A stretch of DNA of 48,190 nt, taken from assembly GCA_004524445.1 (NCBI GenBank), contig SDNP01000023.1:1-48190 (forward strand). The letters are read 5' to 3'. The notes beneath the pieces were generated by a model. It ran no database searches. It was given only the letters and a program-made list of their open reading frames with translations, and had not been told where the DNA came from. Position numbers and translations under genes: made by a program. This document shows positions 38,391-47,762 of this stretch, in pieces (the stretch's first letter is position 1; every line of letters starts with the position of its first letter). This DNA is from Candidatus Thorarchaeota archaeon (lineage in GTDB: Archaea; Asgardarchaeota; Thorarchaeia; Thorarchaeales; Thorarchaeaceae).

Positions 38391-39791
38391 ATGGGGAAGA
38401 AATTCTATCCGCAGGGTGTAATGCCCGCTCTCGTAACTCCATTTAGTAAGGATGGAGACATGATGGAGGAAAGCTTTCGGCAAATAATCGATCATACAAT
38501 AGAAAAGGGAGCTACTGGCGTAGTTCCTGCAGGAACTACTGGTGAATTCGTATATATGCGGACTGAGGAACGAAAAAAGCTTCTACGATTAACTGTAGAG
38601 TATGTTGATGGTAGGGTTCCAGTGGTTGCAGGCACAGGTCAGAATAGCACAAGAGCGACTATAGAATTGACAAAATATGCAGCCGATATCGGTTGTGACG
38701 CCGCTCTTGTAATATCACCGTTTTACCTGCGACCGGCTGATAAGGGATACTTCGAGCATTATCAATCAGTTGCTCTCAAGGGTGGATTACCGATAATTGC
38801 CTACAATATCCCCCAATGCACCTTGGGATGGTTGCAATCAAATGTGCTGGAAGATTTGGCTGAGATTGACACCATGGTCGGTGTAAAGGATAGCAGCGGC
38901 AACATCGGACACACAATAGAACTCATTCAAAAGCTCAGAGGAAAGATGTCTGTAGTCATAGGTCACGATGAATGTTTTCTATCTGCTGTTGCTGCGGGGG
39001 CTGATGCTGCAATAATGGCGTCAGCAAATATCATGCCTGACTTATGGCTGGATATCATGCAGAAAGTGAAAGAGGGCAAGATTGAGGAAGCAAGAGATTT
39101 GCAGCTCTCAGCTCAGACGTTTGCACGAATTGTTACACGTAAGGGCGGTGCTCCTCCAGTAAAGGCCGCGCTCAGAATGATGGGCATAGATGCTGGCAGA
39201 GCAAGGATGCCTCTGAACAGCGGTGGCACTCTCACTGTCGAATTGAGGGATGAAATAAAGGTCGAACTTGAGAAGCTTGGCATTATCAAAAAGAAGGAAC
39301 ATAAGCAACTGAAGACTGACCTTAATGTCATTCAGGCAATGGAAAAAGAAGGATTCAAGATTTCAAATCTAGAGAAAGTCAAAACTTCAAACTCCGAGAA
39401 TGAAACCATATCAGTAGGCATTGCTATCGGTCCAAAGACCGGAGATCTTGGACGTGCTTTTGTCAAACTACTAACAACTCCGAGAAACGGTCACGAGGCA
39501 CTCACAGTAATACTTGAGCCAAACCTTGCAGTGAAGCCCAGTAGTATTATGTGGCCGGCAAGGAGAATCAAATCAATGCGACAAGCATCCATGTTTTATG
39601 GACCCGTACAATCTGGTGCTGGGAAAGCAATATCTAGACTCTTAGGAGAGAACGAGATTCCTCATGACACGTTGAACAGCGAGGTTCTACTGATTGTTGC
39701 GGATGCTGATTTGAATTTCAGGGATCGGAGAGCTGTGACACATGCAACTGAAGAAGCAGTATATGCTGCATTAAGGGAGATATGGAGGTAA
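38391..39791 (+). CDS. DapA-family class I aldolase fused to a degenerate Fae domain (subunit 1)
   Basis: PALVTPF, GTTGE, PFY, YNIP, VKDSSG. C-terminal IGPKTG..G.AF...L..P..GH..L.VI.PNL.VKP...Q...F.GP.Q matches Fae. Confidence 0.85.
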   Translation: MGKKFYPQGVMPALVTPFSKDGDMMEESFRQIIDHTIEKGATGVVPAGTTGEFVYMRTEERKKLLRLTVEYVDGRVPVVAGTGQNSTRATIELTKYAADIGCDAALVISPFYLRPADKGYFEHYQSVALKGGLPIIAYNIPQCTLGWLQSNVLEDLAEIDTMVGVKDSSGNIGHTIELIQKLRGKMSVVIGHDECFLSAVAAGADAAIMASANIMPDLWLDIMQKVKEGKIEEARDLQLSAQTFARIVTRKGGAPPVKAALRMMGIDAGRARMPLNSGGTLTVELRDEIKVELEKLGIIKKKEHKQLKTDLNVIQAMEKEGFKISNLEKVKTSNSENETISVGIAIGPKTGDLGRAFVKLLTTPRNGHEALTVILEPNLAVKPSSIMWPARRIKSMRQASMFYGPVQSGAGKAISRLLGENEIPHDTLNSEVLLIVADADLNFRDRRAVTHATEEAVYAALREIWR

Positions 39792-39796
39792 ATACA

Positions 39797-41269
39797 ATGT
39801 CTGATTTCAAGTTCAAAGGTGTATACCCAGCGCTTGTGACCCCTTTCGATGAAAATGGTGTCGATGAAGAAAAATACAGGAATCTGATTGATTTTACGAT
39901 AAAGTCGGGTGCCACCGGTATAGTACCTTGTGGTACAACTGGCGAGTTCACATCTATGAGATTCGAAGAAAAATTGGACGCAATCAAAATTGCCTGTGAC
40001 GCCGCAAAGGGTCGTGTACCAGTTATTGCTGGGACGGGAGCAGCACATACGGGAGATGTGATTAAGCTAACACGAAGCGCTGCCGAATTCGGTGCGAGTG
40101 CCGCTCTTGTGGTTACACCTTACTTCCTTAAGCCTAGCAACAAGGAAGTGTTCGAGCACTTCGAGAAAATTGCTAACAACTCTGATATCCCGATATTCAT
40201 GTACAACATTCCTCAAGTAACTGGAGTTCCCATTCATTGGACGCTCGTTGATGGTCTGCGAGAAATTGACGGTATAATTGGAATGAAGGATTCAAGTGGG
40301 AATCTAGTCAATCTTACAACAATCCTAGTGAGGAGGCCAGACGACTTTCAGGTTGTGGTTGGGCACGATGAGGTGGCATTACCTGCTCTAGCAAGTGGCT
40401 GTGATGGTGCTATTCTCGCTAGTGCAAACGTATTTCCTGGTAGATATATCAGGATGCAAAATGCCCTGGCAGCGGGTGACCTGCGAGAAGCTCTAATCAT
40501 TCAAAGAAGTATCCAACGAACAGTCAGAATCATCGTAAACAAGGGAGGCGGTCTTGCAGTTAAGGCTGCGCTGAATATGATCGGCATTCCTGTTGGAAAA
40601 GCAAGACCTCCTTTGATTGAAGGAGATGTCTTGAGCTATGAGGATATTGATGAGTTACGTACCTGTCTAGAAGACCTGCAACTGATTCCTCGGGGAAGAG
40701 TCACATTCAGGGCCGGTGAGAATTCTATTGTGGCTGAGGCGTATCCGAAGGCTGTTGGCTTAGTTCCCGACTCTGTAGATGATATCAGTCTGCTACATGG
40801 TGAGTCACTCTGTGGTGGAGGAACAGAGGTTGCCCATGTTGATTTGATTATGGGGTTACGAGATGGGCCTATGAGAGAGGCATTGAAGAACGCTGGAAAG
40901 ATTAGGGATGGCTTTCACTCGTCGAATACTATCAAGGGCCTGGAACCAACCACGGTCTTTGCACCAACAGTTACTGTGACAACCGAGAAGCATCAAAAGC
41001 TCATCTATGATGTTGCACAGAAAGCCGTTTCTGATGCGGTTTCACGGTCGATAACGGATGGTGTAGTACCAGAGGAACTAGTTGACGATCTCATATTAGC
41101 TGTCAATGTGTTTGTTCATCCTGATGCTACTAATCCCAAAAGGGTTCACATCAACAACTTCAGAGCAGTACGTCATGCATTACGGAGAGCAATTGAAGGT
41201 AGGCAGTCACGAGATGAGATAGAAGCTCGAATTGATTCAGCTAGGCATCCATTCGCCTACAATCCTTAA
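39797..41269 (+). CDS. DapA-family class I aldolase fused to a Fae domain (subunit 2)
   Basis: PALVTPF, GTTGE, PYF, YNIP, MKDSSG. C-terminal GESLCGGGTEVAHVDLIMG...AQ.AV..AV...G..P....DDL....VFVHP.A...N...A...A....RHPF matches Fae. GGAGGT SD. Confidence 0.88.
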   Translation: MSDFKFKGVYPALVTPFDENGVDEEKYRNLIDFTIKSGATGIVPCGTTGEFTSMRFEEKLDAIKIACDAAKGRVPVIAGTGAAHTGDVIKLTRSAAEFGASAALVVTPYFLKPSNKEVFEHFEKIANNSDIPIFMYNIPQVTGVPIHWTLVDGLREIDGIIGMKDSSGNLVNLTTILVRRPDDFQVVVGHDEVALPALASGCDGAILASANVFPGRYIRMQNALAAGDLREALIIQRSIQRTVRIIVNKGGGLAVKAALNMIGIPVGKARPPLIEGDVLSYEDIDELRTCLEDLQLIPRGRVTFRAGENSIVAEAYPKAVGLVPDSVDDISLLHGESLCGGGTEVAHVDLIMGLRDGPMREALKNAGKIRDGFHSSNTIKGLEPTTVFAPTVTVTTEKHQKLIYDVAQKAVSDAVSRSITDGVVPEELVDDLILAVNVFVHPDATNPKRVHINNFRAVRHALRRAIEGRQSRDEIEARIDSARHPFAYNP

Positions 41270-41293
41270 GATTGTGTAAGTCATTGCTGGGCT

Positions 41294-41338
41294 ATTGAAG
41301 TCACCCCGCAATTGGACTCCACCATGTGGGGTGTCAAT
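41294..41338 (+). terminator. 3' hairpin after the DapA-Fae operon
   Basis: CACCCCGCA(41302-41310)/TGTGGGGTG(41325-41333) with outer ATTGA/TCAAT, followed by a pyrimidine run. Confidence 0.45.
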
Positions 41339-41618
41339 TCTCCCTCCTAGGTTAATCATCGAGCAAGCGCTGAAATTATCTGTTTGTCCATTTGTTAAGT
41401 TCGTTGCCTGTTATGATGTTCTCTACTTGCTTCTCAATACCATCTTCTATCATGCCCATTGATGCCATCCGTTGAGCGTCCAATATAATGCCATAGATGG
41501 CGATTTTAGCAGCCTCTCTTCCTTCTATTTCTATATATAGCTAGGTGCAGTGTTGATATCTGCGCTTAGCATCCCTAACGGCGACGGCGTCACCACCGCA
41601 TCCGTGGAATGAACAAAT

Positions 41619-41840
41619 ATGGTTGAGACCTGCATAATCCAGCTGAAGGAGCTACCCTCACGCAGTTTACAGAGTCAAGTGCGAAGCTTCATCAATGGAC
41701 AAAAGGTGTCAGTTATGGACTCATCTGGACGTCTCTATGATGTGGGAATTAAACAGAACAAGCTGGTTTTGATATCCGATGACATCTACTATGCCTACAA
41801 AACTGACGGGGATTGTGGGTTAGGTTCTGTGTCCTACTGA
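41619..41840 (+). CDS. Possible small hypothetical protein
   Basis: 73-aa ATG ORF in an otherwise ORF-poor gap. No motif. Confidence 0.35.
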   Translation: MVETCIIQLKELPSRSLQSQVRSFINGQKVSVMDSSGRLYDVGIKQNKLVLISDDIYYAYKTDGDCGLGSVSY

Positions 41841-42099
41841 TTGAGCAAGACGGGTCTCAGCCACCCTTTCGTTTTAGAATCAAAGAAATAATGTGGCAAG
41901 TCTCAGCCTGCTCTTGGTCTTCATAGCCTCGTGGCTCCGACAGGGGTAGCGTCTTCATCGACCGCCAAATAGCTGGAGGATGGAATCCTTATCAATATGT
42001 GGCATGATGCGTGCATCTGACCATAATATCCACATTATCCCTTTTCAGTGTCCAATCCACCATTTCATTTAATAGCTGCCTAAGTTATACCTAAGAAGT

Positions 42100-42885
42100 A
42101 TGCCAGGTGTAATGACTATTTCCACGGAGTTTTCTAGTGGCGACAGAATTCTGAAGGGCAGCTTTGTGATTCCGGATGGGATTGGCCCATTTCCCGGGAT
42201 CTGCAAGTTCCATGGCTTACCCGGCGGACCTGACCAAGTTTCGGGAATTGCCACAATGCTGGCTCAAGCAGGGTTCATGGTTCTGACCTTTGACTTTACT
42301 GGGTTCAGGAAAAGCGAGGGGATATTTAGACTTGCGAGATCTATTGAAGATGCAGGAGAAGCGGTAAGCCATCTTCTGGAATCAGATCTTTCTCTTGGAT
42401 CATGGATGGGAGTTTACGGAGCCAGCTATGGTGGTGCGATTGGTGTATGTGCAGCCGCAAGAGACCCACGTATCAGCGCTTTGTGTCTTCGTGCTCCTGT
42501 TTATGACACATTATGGTTCGCCCAATCATCCATGATTCGCCCAGCTGTTGACAATATAGTAGAAAATGATCCAAGTCAAATAAGGGGAATTGAAGACTCT
42601 GAAACGCAAGAACTAATCCTCAATAACCTTGTTGAGGATGCAAAGATACATAATCCGATGAATGAGATCTCGAAAATCTCGCCCCGTCCGTTATTTATCA
42701 TTCATGGGTCCGATGACGAAGGGATCGATTTAGCTGGAGTCAAACGGCTTTTCGAAGCAGCCGGAGCACCAAAGAATCTGGTTGTTGTTGAAGGCGCCAA
42801 TCACGTGCTATCTGATCCCACTGCCTATGAAATCACAATGAAATCCATAGTAGATTGGTTCTCGAATACATTCAAGCGAAGATAG
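42100..42885 (+). CDS. Alpha/beta hydrolase (peptidase S9/S15-like)
   Basis: HGLPG, FDFTGFRKSEG, GASYGG, IHGSDD, GANH. Confidence 0.9.
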   Translation: MPGVMTISTEFSSGDRILKGSFVIPDGIGPFPGICKFHGLPGGPDQVSGIATMLAQAGFMVLTFDFTGFRKSEGIFRLARSIEDAGEAVSHLLESDLSLGSWMGVYGASYGGAIGVCAAARDPRISALCLRAPVYDTLWFAQSSMIRPAVDNIVENDPSQIRGIEDSETQELILNNLVEDAKIHNPMNEISKISPRPLFIIHGSDDEGIDLAGVKRLFEAAGAPKNLVVVEGANHVLSDPTAYEITMKSIVDWFSNTFKRR

Positions 42886-42986
42886 GACTGCAATATGAGA
42901 AAAGGAGAAACAATAATACGAGGGGCATGTGGTAGGATATCGTCAACGAAGGAAACTCATTCCTTCTAATCCCGAGGTGATTAGAC

Positions 42987-44120
42987 TTGGATACCACTAG
43001 GATGATAAAGCTGGCACAACAACTTGTTTCCATAAATTCAGAGAGTCCCCCTGGCAGAGAAGAGGATGTGGCGAAGTACCTGAGGGAGTTTATGAAGAAT
43101 CAAGGAATCTCATGCAGAAGCGTGGGCCCCTCTTCTCGCCCGAATCTATTGTTTTCTACCCATGATGGTGAAACCGGTGATCTCGTCTTACATGGACATA
43201 TGGATACAGTACCAGCCGGGAATATTGACCAGTGGTCCCACGACCCCTTCTCAGGGGCAATTGAATCTGGTAGGTTGTATGGCCGTGGTGCATGTGATAT
43301 GAAGGGACCGCTTGCTACCTTGGCTGAGACCTTGATCTGCTACAAGGAAGAGAAACACAAAACGCCCCTTCTAATGCTGGCCACCTCTGATGAGGAAAGC
43401 GGGTGTTCTGGCGCAGAAGAGGTTGCTAAGAGTGGTATTCTCAAAGGCGTCACTTATGGTGTCTGCGCAGAACCTACATCTCTTAATGTCTTGGTCGGCG
43501 AAAAGGGCATGTTATGGACAAAGATATTGGCAACGGGAAAATCTGCTCATGGGTCAAGGCCAAATGAAGGTATCAATGCCATCGATCTATGCATGAGGGC
43601 TACTTCATTGCTCCTCGAGACAGAGTATGCTAGCGAACCCGATGATGTCATGGGCGAAATGACTGTCAATCTTGGAATTATGAAGGGCGGCGTTAAAATC
43701 AATGTTGTTCCGAGTGATTGTGAATCCCACTTAGACATGCGGCTGGTAAAAGGGCAAACAATTGAGGGTATTATGGGGGCCATGCAACAGGTACTAGATG
43801 ATGCCCGATTATCCGATAGGGTCGAAATCGAATACATACATGGAAAGCCTGCAGTAATTACGCCGCGCAACTCAAAAATTGTTGAGAGGGCAGTATCATC
43901 AGTGGAATCCATAGTTGGTTTGAAATCAGATATGAAAGCCGCGACATATGGAACAGACTGCTCGGTTTTGCAACCAAAGATTGGCATAATCAACATCATA
44001 TGTGGACCTGGTTCAATTGAACAAGCGCATCAACCAAATGAATTCATAGAGATAGAACAAATGGAACATGCTGTAGATGTATATCTTGATATCGCGCGCC
44101 AATTTGTTTCTGAGGAATAG
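42987..44120 (+). CDS. M20 family metallopeptidase/deacylase (ArgE/DapE-like)
   Basis: GHMDTV, GRGACDMKG, DEE, EPT, AHGS, NVVP, AHQPNE. Confidence 0.93.
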   Translation: MDTTRMIKLAQQLVSINSESPPGREEDVAKYLREFMKNQGISCRSVGPSSRPNLLFSTHDGETGDLVLHGHMDTVPAGNIDQWSHDPFSGAIESGRLYGRGACDMKGPLATLAETLICYKEEKHKTPLLMLATSDEESGCSGAEEVAKSGILKGVTYGVCAEPTSLNVLVGEKGMLWTKILATGKSAHGSRPNEGINAIDLCMRATSLLLETEYASEPDDVMGEMTVNLGIMKGGVKINVVPSDCESHLDMRLVKGQTIEGIMGAMQQVLDDARLSDRVEIEYIHGKPAVITPRNSKIVERAVSSVESIVGLKSDMKAATYGTDCSVLQPKIGIINIICGPGSIEQAHQPNEFIEIEQMEHAVDVYLDIARQFVSEE

Positions 44121-44148
44121 AGTTCAATGTCTTCAATTTTTTCAGGCT

Positions 44149-44946
44149 CTAGCCTTGCTTATCACGAATCTTAGCACACCGCTTTGCTATTAGGCAGGCT
44201 ATCGAACCAGCACCTAATCCATTTCCAATATTCACGACTGCCAACCCTGGGGCGCAGGACTGCAACATCGATGCTAGTGCTGTTTCTCCATTTCCGCCGT
44301 ATCCATATCCAATCGGTACCGGGAGTCCAATCACAGGAATGTCAAGAAGGGAAGCAACCACCGTGGGGAGAGCGCCCTCCATGCCTGCTACAACAACCAC
44401 TGCGTCAGTATCATTCTTGATAATTTCCTCCATTGGCTCGACCAAACGATGAATTCCTGCGACGCCTACATCGTAGAATTTCAAAACCTCAATCCCCATA
44501 ACACGAGCAATCATTTCCACTTCTATGGAAAATGGGATGTCTGACGTTCCCGCTGTGACCACGGCTATCTTTCCATTGATATCAGGAGGCGACCAGTCTT
44601 CTGAGTAAACGAGTGCAGTATAATGACCCGGTTTTCCGAGAACCTCCAAATTGTAATCAGAGAATTCCTTCTCTAGCCTATTCCGTTTTTCATCATCTAC
44701 TCGTGTGCCCATTGCAACTCCGTGTGTTGTTGCAATGTTGCGCATTATTTCCATGAACTGCTCGGTGTCCTTTGTATCAGCCAAGACTACTTCGGGAATA
44801 CCGCTCCTACTCTCCCTTTCTGTATCTATGGCTGCAAAATCACTAACTCGCTTAAGGGAGAGATTCCTCAATAACTGCTCTGCATCCTCGAGGGAGATTC
44901 TCTCTTCTACCAAGTCTTCGAGCAGGTTTCTGATATTTCTGGTCAT
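44149..44946 (-). CDS. larB: Nickel-pincer cofactor biosynthesis carboxylase LarB
   Basis: R..R.GIPEVV, AGTSD, DVGVAGIHRL, AGMEGALP, P.GYG, MLQSCAPG..VVNI.NG.GA. Confidence 0.92.
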   Translation of the reverse strand: MTRNIRNLLEDLVEERISLEDAEQLLRNLSLKRVSDFAAIDTERESRSGIPEVVLADTKDTEQFMEIMRNIATTHGVAMGTRVDDEKRNRLEKEFSDYNLEVLGKPGHYTALVYSEDWSPPDINGKIAVVTAGTSDIPFSIEVEMIARVMGIEVLKFYDVGVAGIHRLVEPMEEIIKNDTDAVVVVAGMEGALPTVVASLLDIPVIGLPVPIGYGYGGNGETALASMLQSCAPGLAVVNIGNGLGAGSIACLIAKRCAKIRDKQG

Positions 44947-45050
44947 TCTTCTACCTCGCTTTCTTGCCGTCAATCCTCTCATGAGAAACCTTAAAGTTGA
45001 CGTTTGATACGATGGAGCTCTGTATAACTGAACAACGAAGGTCACTAGGC

Positions 45051-45566
45051 ATGCAGATTGAAACTATAATACAAAGTTTGCTCACTCCTCCCGTTGTTTA
45101 TGTTCTGCTTTTCATTATTGTCATCATACTTGTAATTGCAGGACTGAGAGTCCGTAGGCGAAGATCTATGGACCCAAGAATCAGGCAAATTGATAAACTT
45201 CAGTCCGCAATTGAAAAAGGTAAAGATCCACCTACGCTACAAGTAAGTACAAGACAAGATATCATAACCGAGATATTTGAAAGAAAAATGAATGCTGTAG
45301 GAATGGCTCCCTCTGACGACTCGGGCTATATCCCCACATCTCAAACGCCTCTTGCAAATTATCTCAAGAAATACAATATTTCAGATGACATTATTGATGC
45401 AATTCAAACGGGACTTGATGAAGAAGAATCTGAGGAGGCTGTTCGTGGAATAATAAGAGCGGCAGCGGATACGCCTGACGTAAACCTTGATGGGATCTTC
45501 TTGGAAAAGGCTGAGGAAATTGCTGTTGAAGAGTGGAAACGTAGGAGAGGCATCGGATCACCTTAG
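45051..45566 (+). CDS. Single-pass membrane protein with cytoplasmic helical domain
   Basis: N-terminal TM helix followed by RVRRRR (positive-inside), then an acidic helical domain. Confidence 0.75.
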   Translation: MQIETIIQSLLTPPVVYVLLFIIVIILVIAGLRVRRRRSMDPRIRQIDKLQSAIEKGKDPPTLQVSTRQDIITEIFERKMNAVGMAPSDDSGYIPTSQTPLANYLKKYNISDDIIDAIQTGLDEEESEEAVRGIIRAAADTPDVNLDGIFLEKAEEIAVEEWKRRRGIGSP

Positions 45567-45578
45567 GTGAAATGAATA

Positions 45579-46301
45579 ATGACTGATTTGCTCTACATGC
45601 GGGATAATTATGTTAAGGAATTTGAAGCAGTCGTGATGGAAGTCACCGAGGATTCAATTGTAACTGACCAGACCGCTTTCTATCCTGAGGGCGGTGGACA
45701 GGTTGGAGACAAAGGTTTCTTCAAGAACAATAAGTCCAGCATGGAAGTGGTGAACACCAAGCGAAGGAATCGTGAAGTGCATCACATCTCGAAAAATGAG
45801 GTACCCTTTGGTATTGGAGATTCGGTGCGGGGTATTCTCGACTGGGAACGAAGATATGAGCTTATGCGGTTTCACACCGCGCAGCACCTGATTTCTCGAT
45901 ATCTACAAATGAATCATGACTTGGAAACAGTCGGCAATCAGATTAAAACTGGACAGAGTCGAGCAGACTATTCTCCCATCGATGAATTCACTGATGAAAT
46001 GATTACCGATTTAGAGGATGGCATTGCTGACCTAGTGAGCCAAGAGATTGATGTCGAAATTCAGTTTATGCCCCGTGAAAAAGCTGTGGAATTTCTTCAA
46101 GAGAGAGGCTATCAGACACGGTATTTGGACATGGTGCCCAAGTCAGTTAAGGAGTTCAGAATCCTTCTCATTGGTGACTATGACGCTGCTTCTTGTGCTG
46201 GCACACATGTCAGAAACACCCGTGAAATTGGTGGCGTCACCATTGATAAGACGAAGAATGTTGGCTCAGGCAAACAAAGAATCTACTTCTCACTAACTTG
46301 A
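45579..46301 (+). CDS. alaXM: Alanyl-tRNA editing protein AlaX-M
   Basis: T.FYPEGGGQ.GD, DWERR...M.FHTAQH, CAGTHV. Confidence 0.93.
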   Translation: MTDLLYMRDNYVKEFEAVVMEVTEDSIVTDQTAFYPEGGGQVGDKGFFKNNKSSMEVVNTKRRNREVHHISKNEVPFGIGDSVRGILDWERRYELMRFHTAQHLISRYLQMNHDLETVGNQIKTGQSRADYSPIDEFTDEMITDLEDGIADLVSQEIDVEIQFMPREKAVEFLQERGYQTRYLDMVPKSVKEFRILLIGDYDAASCAGTHVRNTREIGGVTIDKTKNVGSGKQRIYFSLT

Positions 46302-46370
46302 AAAGGGATGGGCATTCACTGTGCCAATATCTTTAACCGAGTATATGATTCATAATTAGGTGTGACACCA

Positions 46371-47663
46371 ATGAAGGCTCTTGTACTGACTGCGGGAAAA
46401 GGAAAACGGCTTCGCCCACTCACCACTGACCGGTCGAAATCAATGCTCATGCTTGCAGGTCGACCCGTCCTAGACTACATATTGAATAGCTTGGAGGACA
46501 ACGGAATCAATGACGTAGTCGTGGTTGTAGGTCATGGTCGTGAAGAGATTATCGATCATTTCCAGCATGGTAGCGACCGTGGTCTCAAGATTCGATATGT
46601 AATCCAGCATGAGCAGAAGGGTGTGGAACATGCTATCCTCACCGCTCGCGATGAGCTAGAAGATAGCGACCAATTTCTACTTGTAAATGGTGACGTTCTT
46701 GTAGAATCTGATATGGTCAAGCGGACTTTGAATAATCATAAGAACATGAACGCTGACATTACGATGCTTGTTACACTGGTTCCTAATCCTGAGCAGTTTG
46801 GAACTGTAAGGATAGGTAAGAACGGCGTAGTTGAGCAGCTTGTGGAGAAGGGTGGGCCTGATAGGTATGTAAGCAATTATGCGGTTGCAGGTGTATCAGT
46901 TTTTAGTACTGATGTGCTACCTATTTTGGAGGAAAATGAAACTATGGAGAAAACCGTAGAAACAATGATTTCCTCTGGGAAGAAAGTTACTGCCGCTGTT
47001 TGGGAGAAGGAATGGGCAGAATTCACCTGGCCTTGGGACATTCTCAAAGCTAACCGAATAATAATGGACCGTAATCTTCGGGGAAGAGGAAGCTTCATCG
47101 CAGAATCTGCAACAGTCCATAATACTGTAGTTTTAGAGGGGCCGGTTTACATTGATGAACAAGCAGTAATTAGACCTGGCACTACCATCAGGGGGCCCGT
47201 CTATATTGGAAAGAAAGTCTATATTGGCAACAATTCACTGGTTCGAGACTATACCTGCCTTTGTGATGGGGTGCATATAGGCTACGCCGTAGAAGTGCGA
47301 AATAGCATGGTATTCAATGGTGTAGACGTTGGACGAATGACCTACCTTGCCGACTCAATAGTTGGCGCGAATTCTTGCATAGAAGCAGGCGCGCAAATGT
47401 GGAATTGGCGGCCGGGTAGTGAACCACTATTTCTTGAGGAAAACGGAGAGAAAATTAGGATTCCGCTGAAGAAATTTGGAGCGATGATAGGCGACAATGT
47501 TGTCATCGGGGTCAATTCTTCAATTTATCCTGCTAAGAGATTGGGTGGAGGTAGTGTTATTGCTCCTGGGTGTATAGTTGATAGGGATATTCCTCCCAAA
47601 TCTGCAGTTTCAACAAAGCAAGAACTTGTCATTTCTAAGCTTGACGAAACAGAATCCTGCTGA
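46371..47663 (+). CDS. glmU: Bifunctional sugar-1-phosphate nucleotidylyltransferase/acetyltransferase (archaeal GlmU-like)
   Basis: LTAGKGKRLRPLT..K, NGD, EK, PWDIL, C-terminal hexapeptide repeats and KFGAMIGD. Confidence 0.88.
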   Translation: MKALVLTAGKGKRLRPLTTDRSKSMLMLAGRPVLDYILNSLEDNGINDVVVVVGHGREEIIDHFQHGSDRGLKIRYVIQHEQKGVEHAILTARDELEDSDQFLLVNGDVLVESDMVKRTLNNHKNMNADITMLVTLVPNPEQFGTVRIGKNGVVEQLVEKGGPDRYVSNYAVAGVSVFSTDVLPILEENETMEKTVETMISSGKKVTAAVWEKEWAEFTWPWDILKANRIIMDRNLRGRGSFIAESATVHNTVVLEGPVYIDEQAVIRPGTTIRGPVYIGKKVYIGNNSLVRDYTCLCDGVHIGYAVEVRNSMVFNGVDVGRMTYLADSIVGANSCIEAGAQMWNWRPGSEPLFLEENGEKIRIPLKKFGAMIGDNVVIGVNSSIYPAKRLGGGSVIAPGCIVDRDIPPKSAVSTKQELVISKLDETESC

Positions 47664-47762
47664 AACACAATATGATGCAATAAGTTCGTCTAACGTATGA
47701 GCATCTTTAAAAGCCAAACTCGGGAGCTTCGCGATGACCCGGGAAAAATACCTAGGAGAGTA

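Noticed and set aside
38391-41269. Calling the two genes dapA (lysine biosynthesis), supported by the nearby DapE-like gene
   Set aside because: The DHDPS Arg is replaced, Fae domains are fused, no dapB/asd/lysA is present, and M20 enzymes are functionally diverse.
41294-41338. Possible SECIS element (GAA next to a GC stem in a 3' UTR)
   Set aside because: No in-frame TGA in the upstream genes, and the geometry fits neither archaeal nor eukaryotic SECIS.
8640-47120. Numerous antisense or overlapping ORFs in the track (e.g. 8640-9128, 10659-11219, 12836-13537, 28040-28543, 36416-36898)
   Set aside because: They are shadows of well-supported genes on the opposite strand or frame, with Ser/Pro-rich non-protein-like composition.
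47719-47743. K-turn-like hairpin (CTCGGGA-GC-TTC-GC-GATGA-CCCGGG) upstream of eS25
   Set aside because: The closing stem is very weak, and the TTTAAAA box at 47706 would place the transcription start inside the hairpin.
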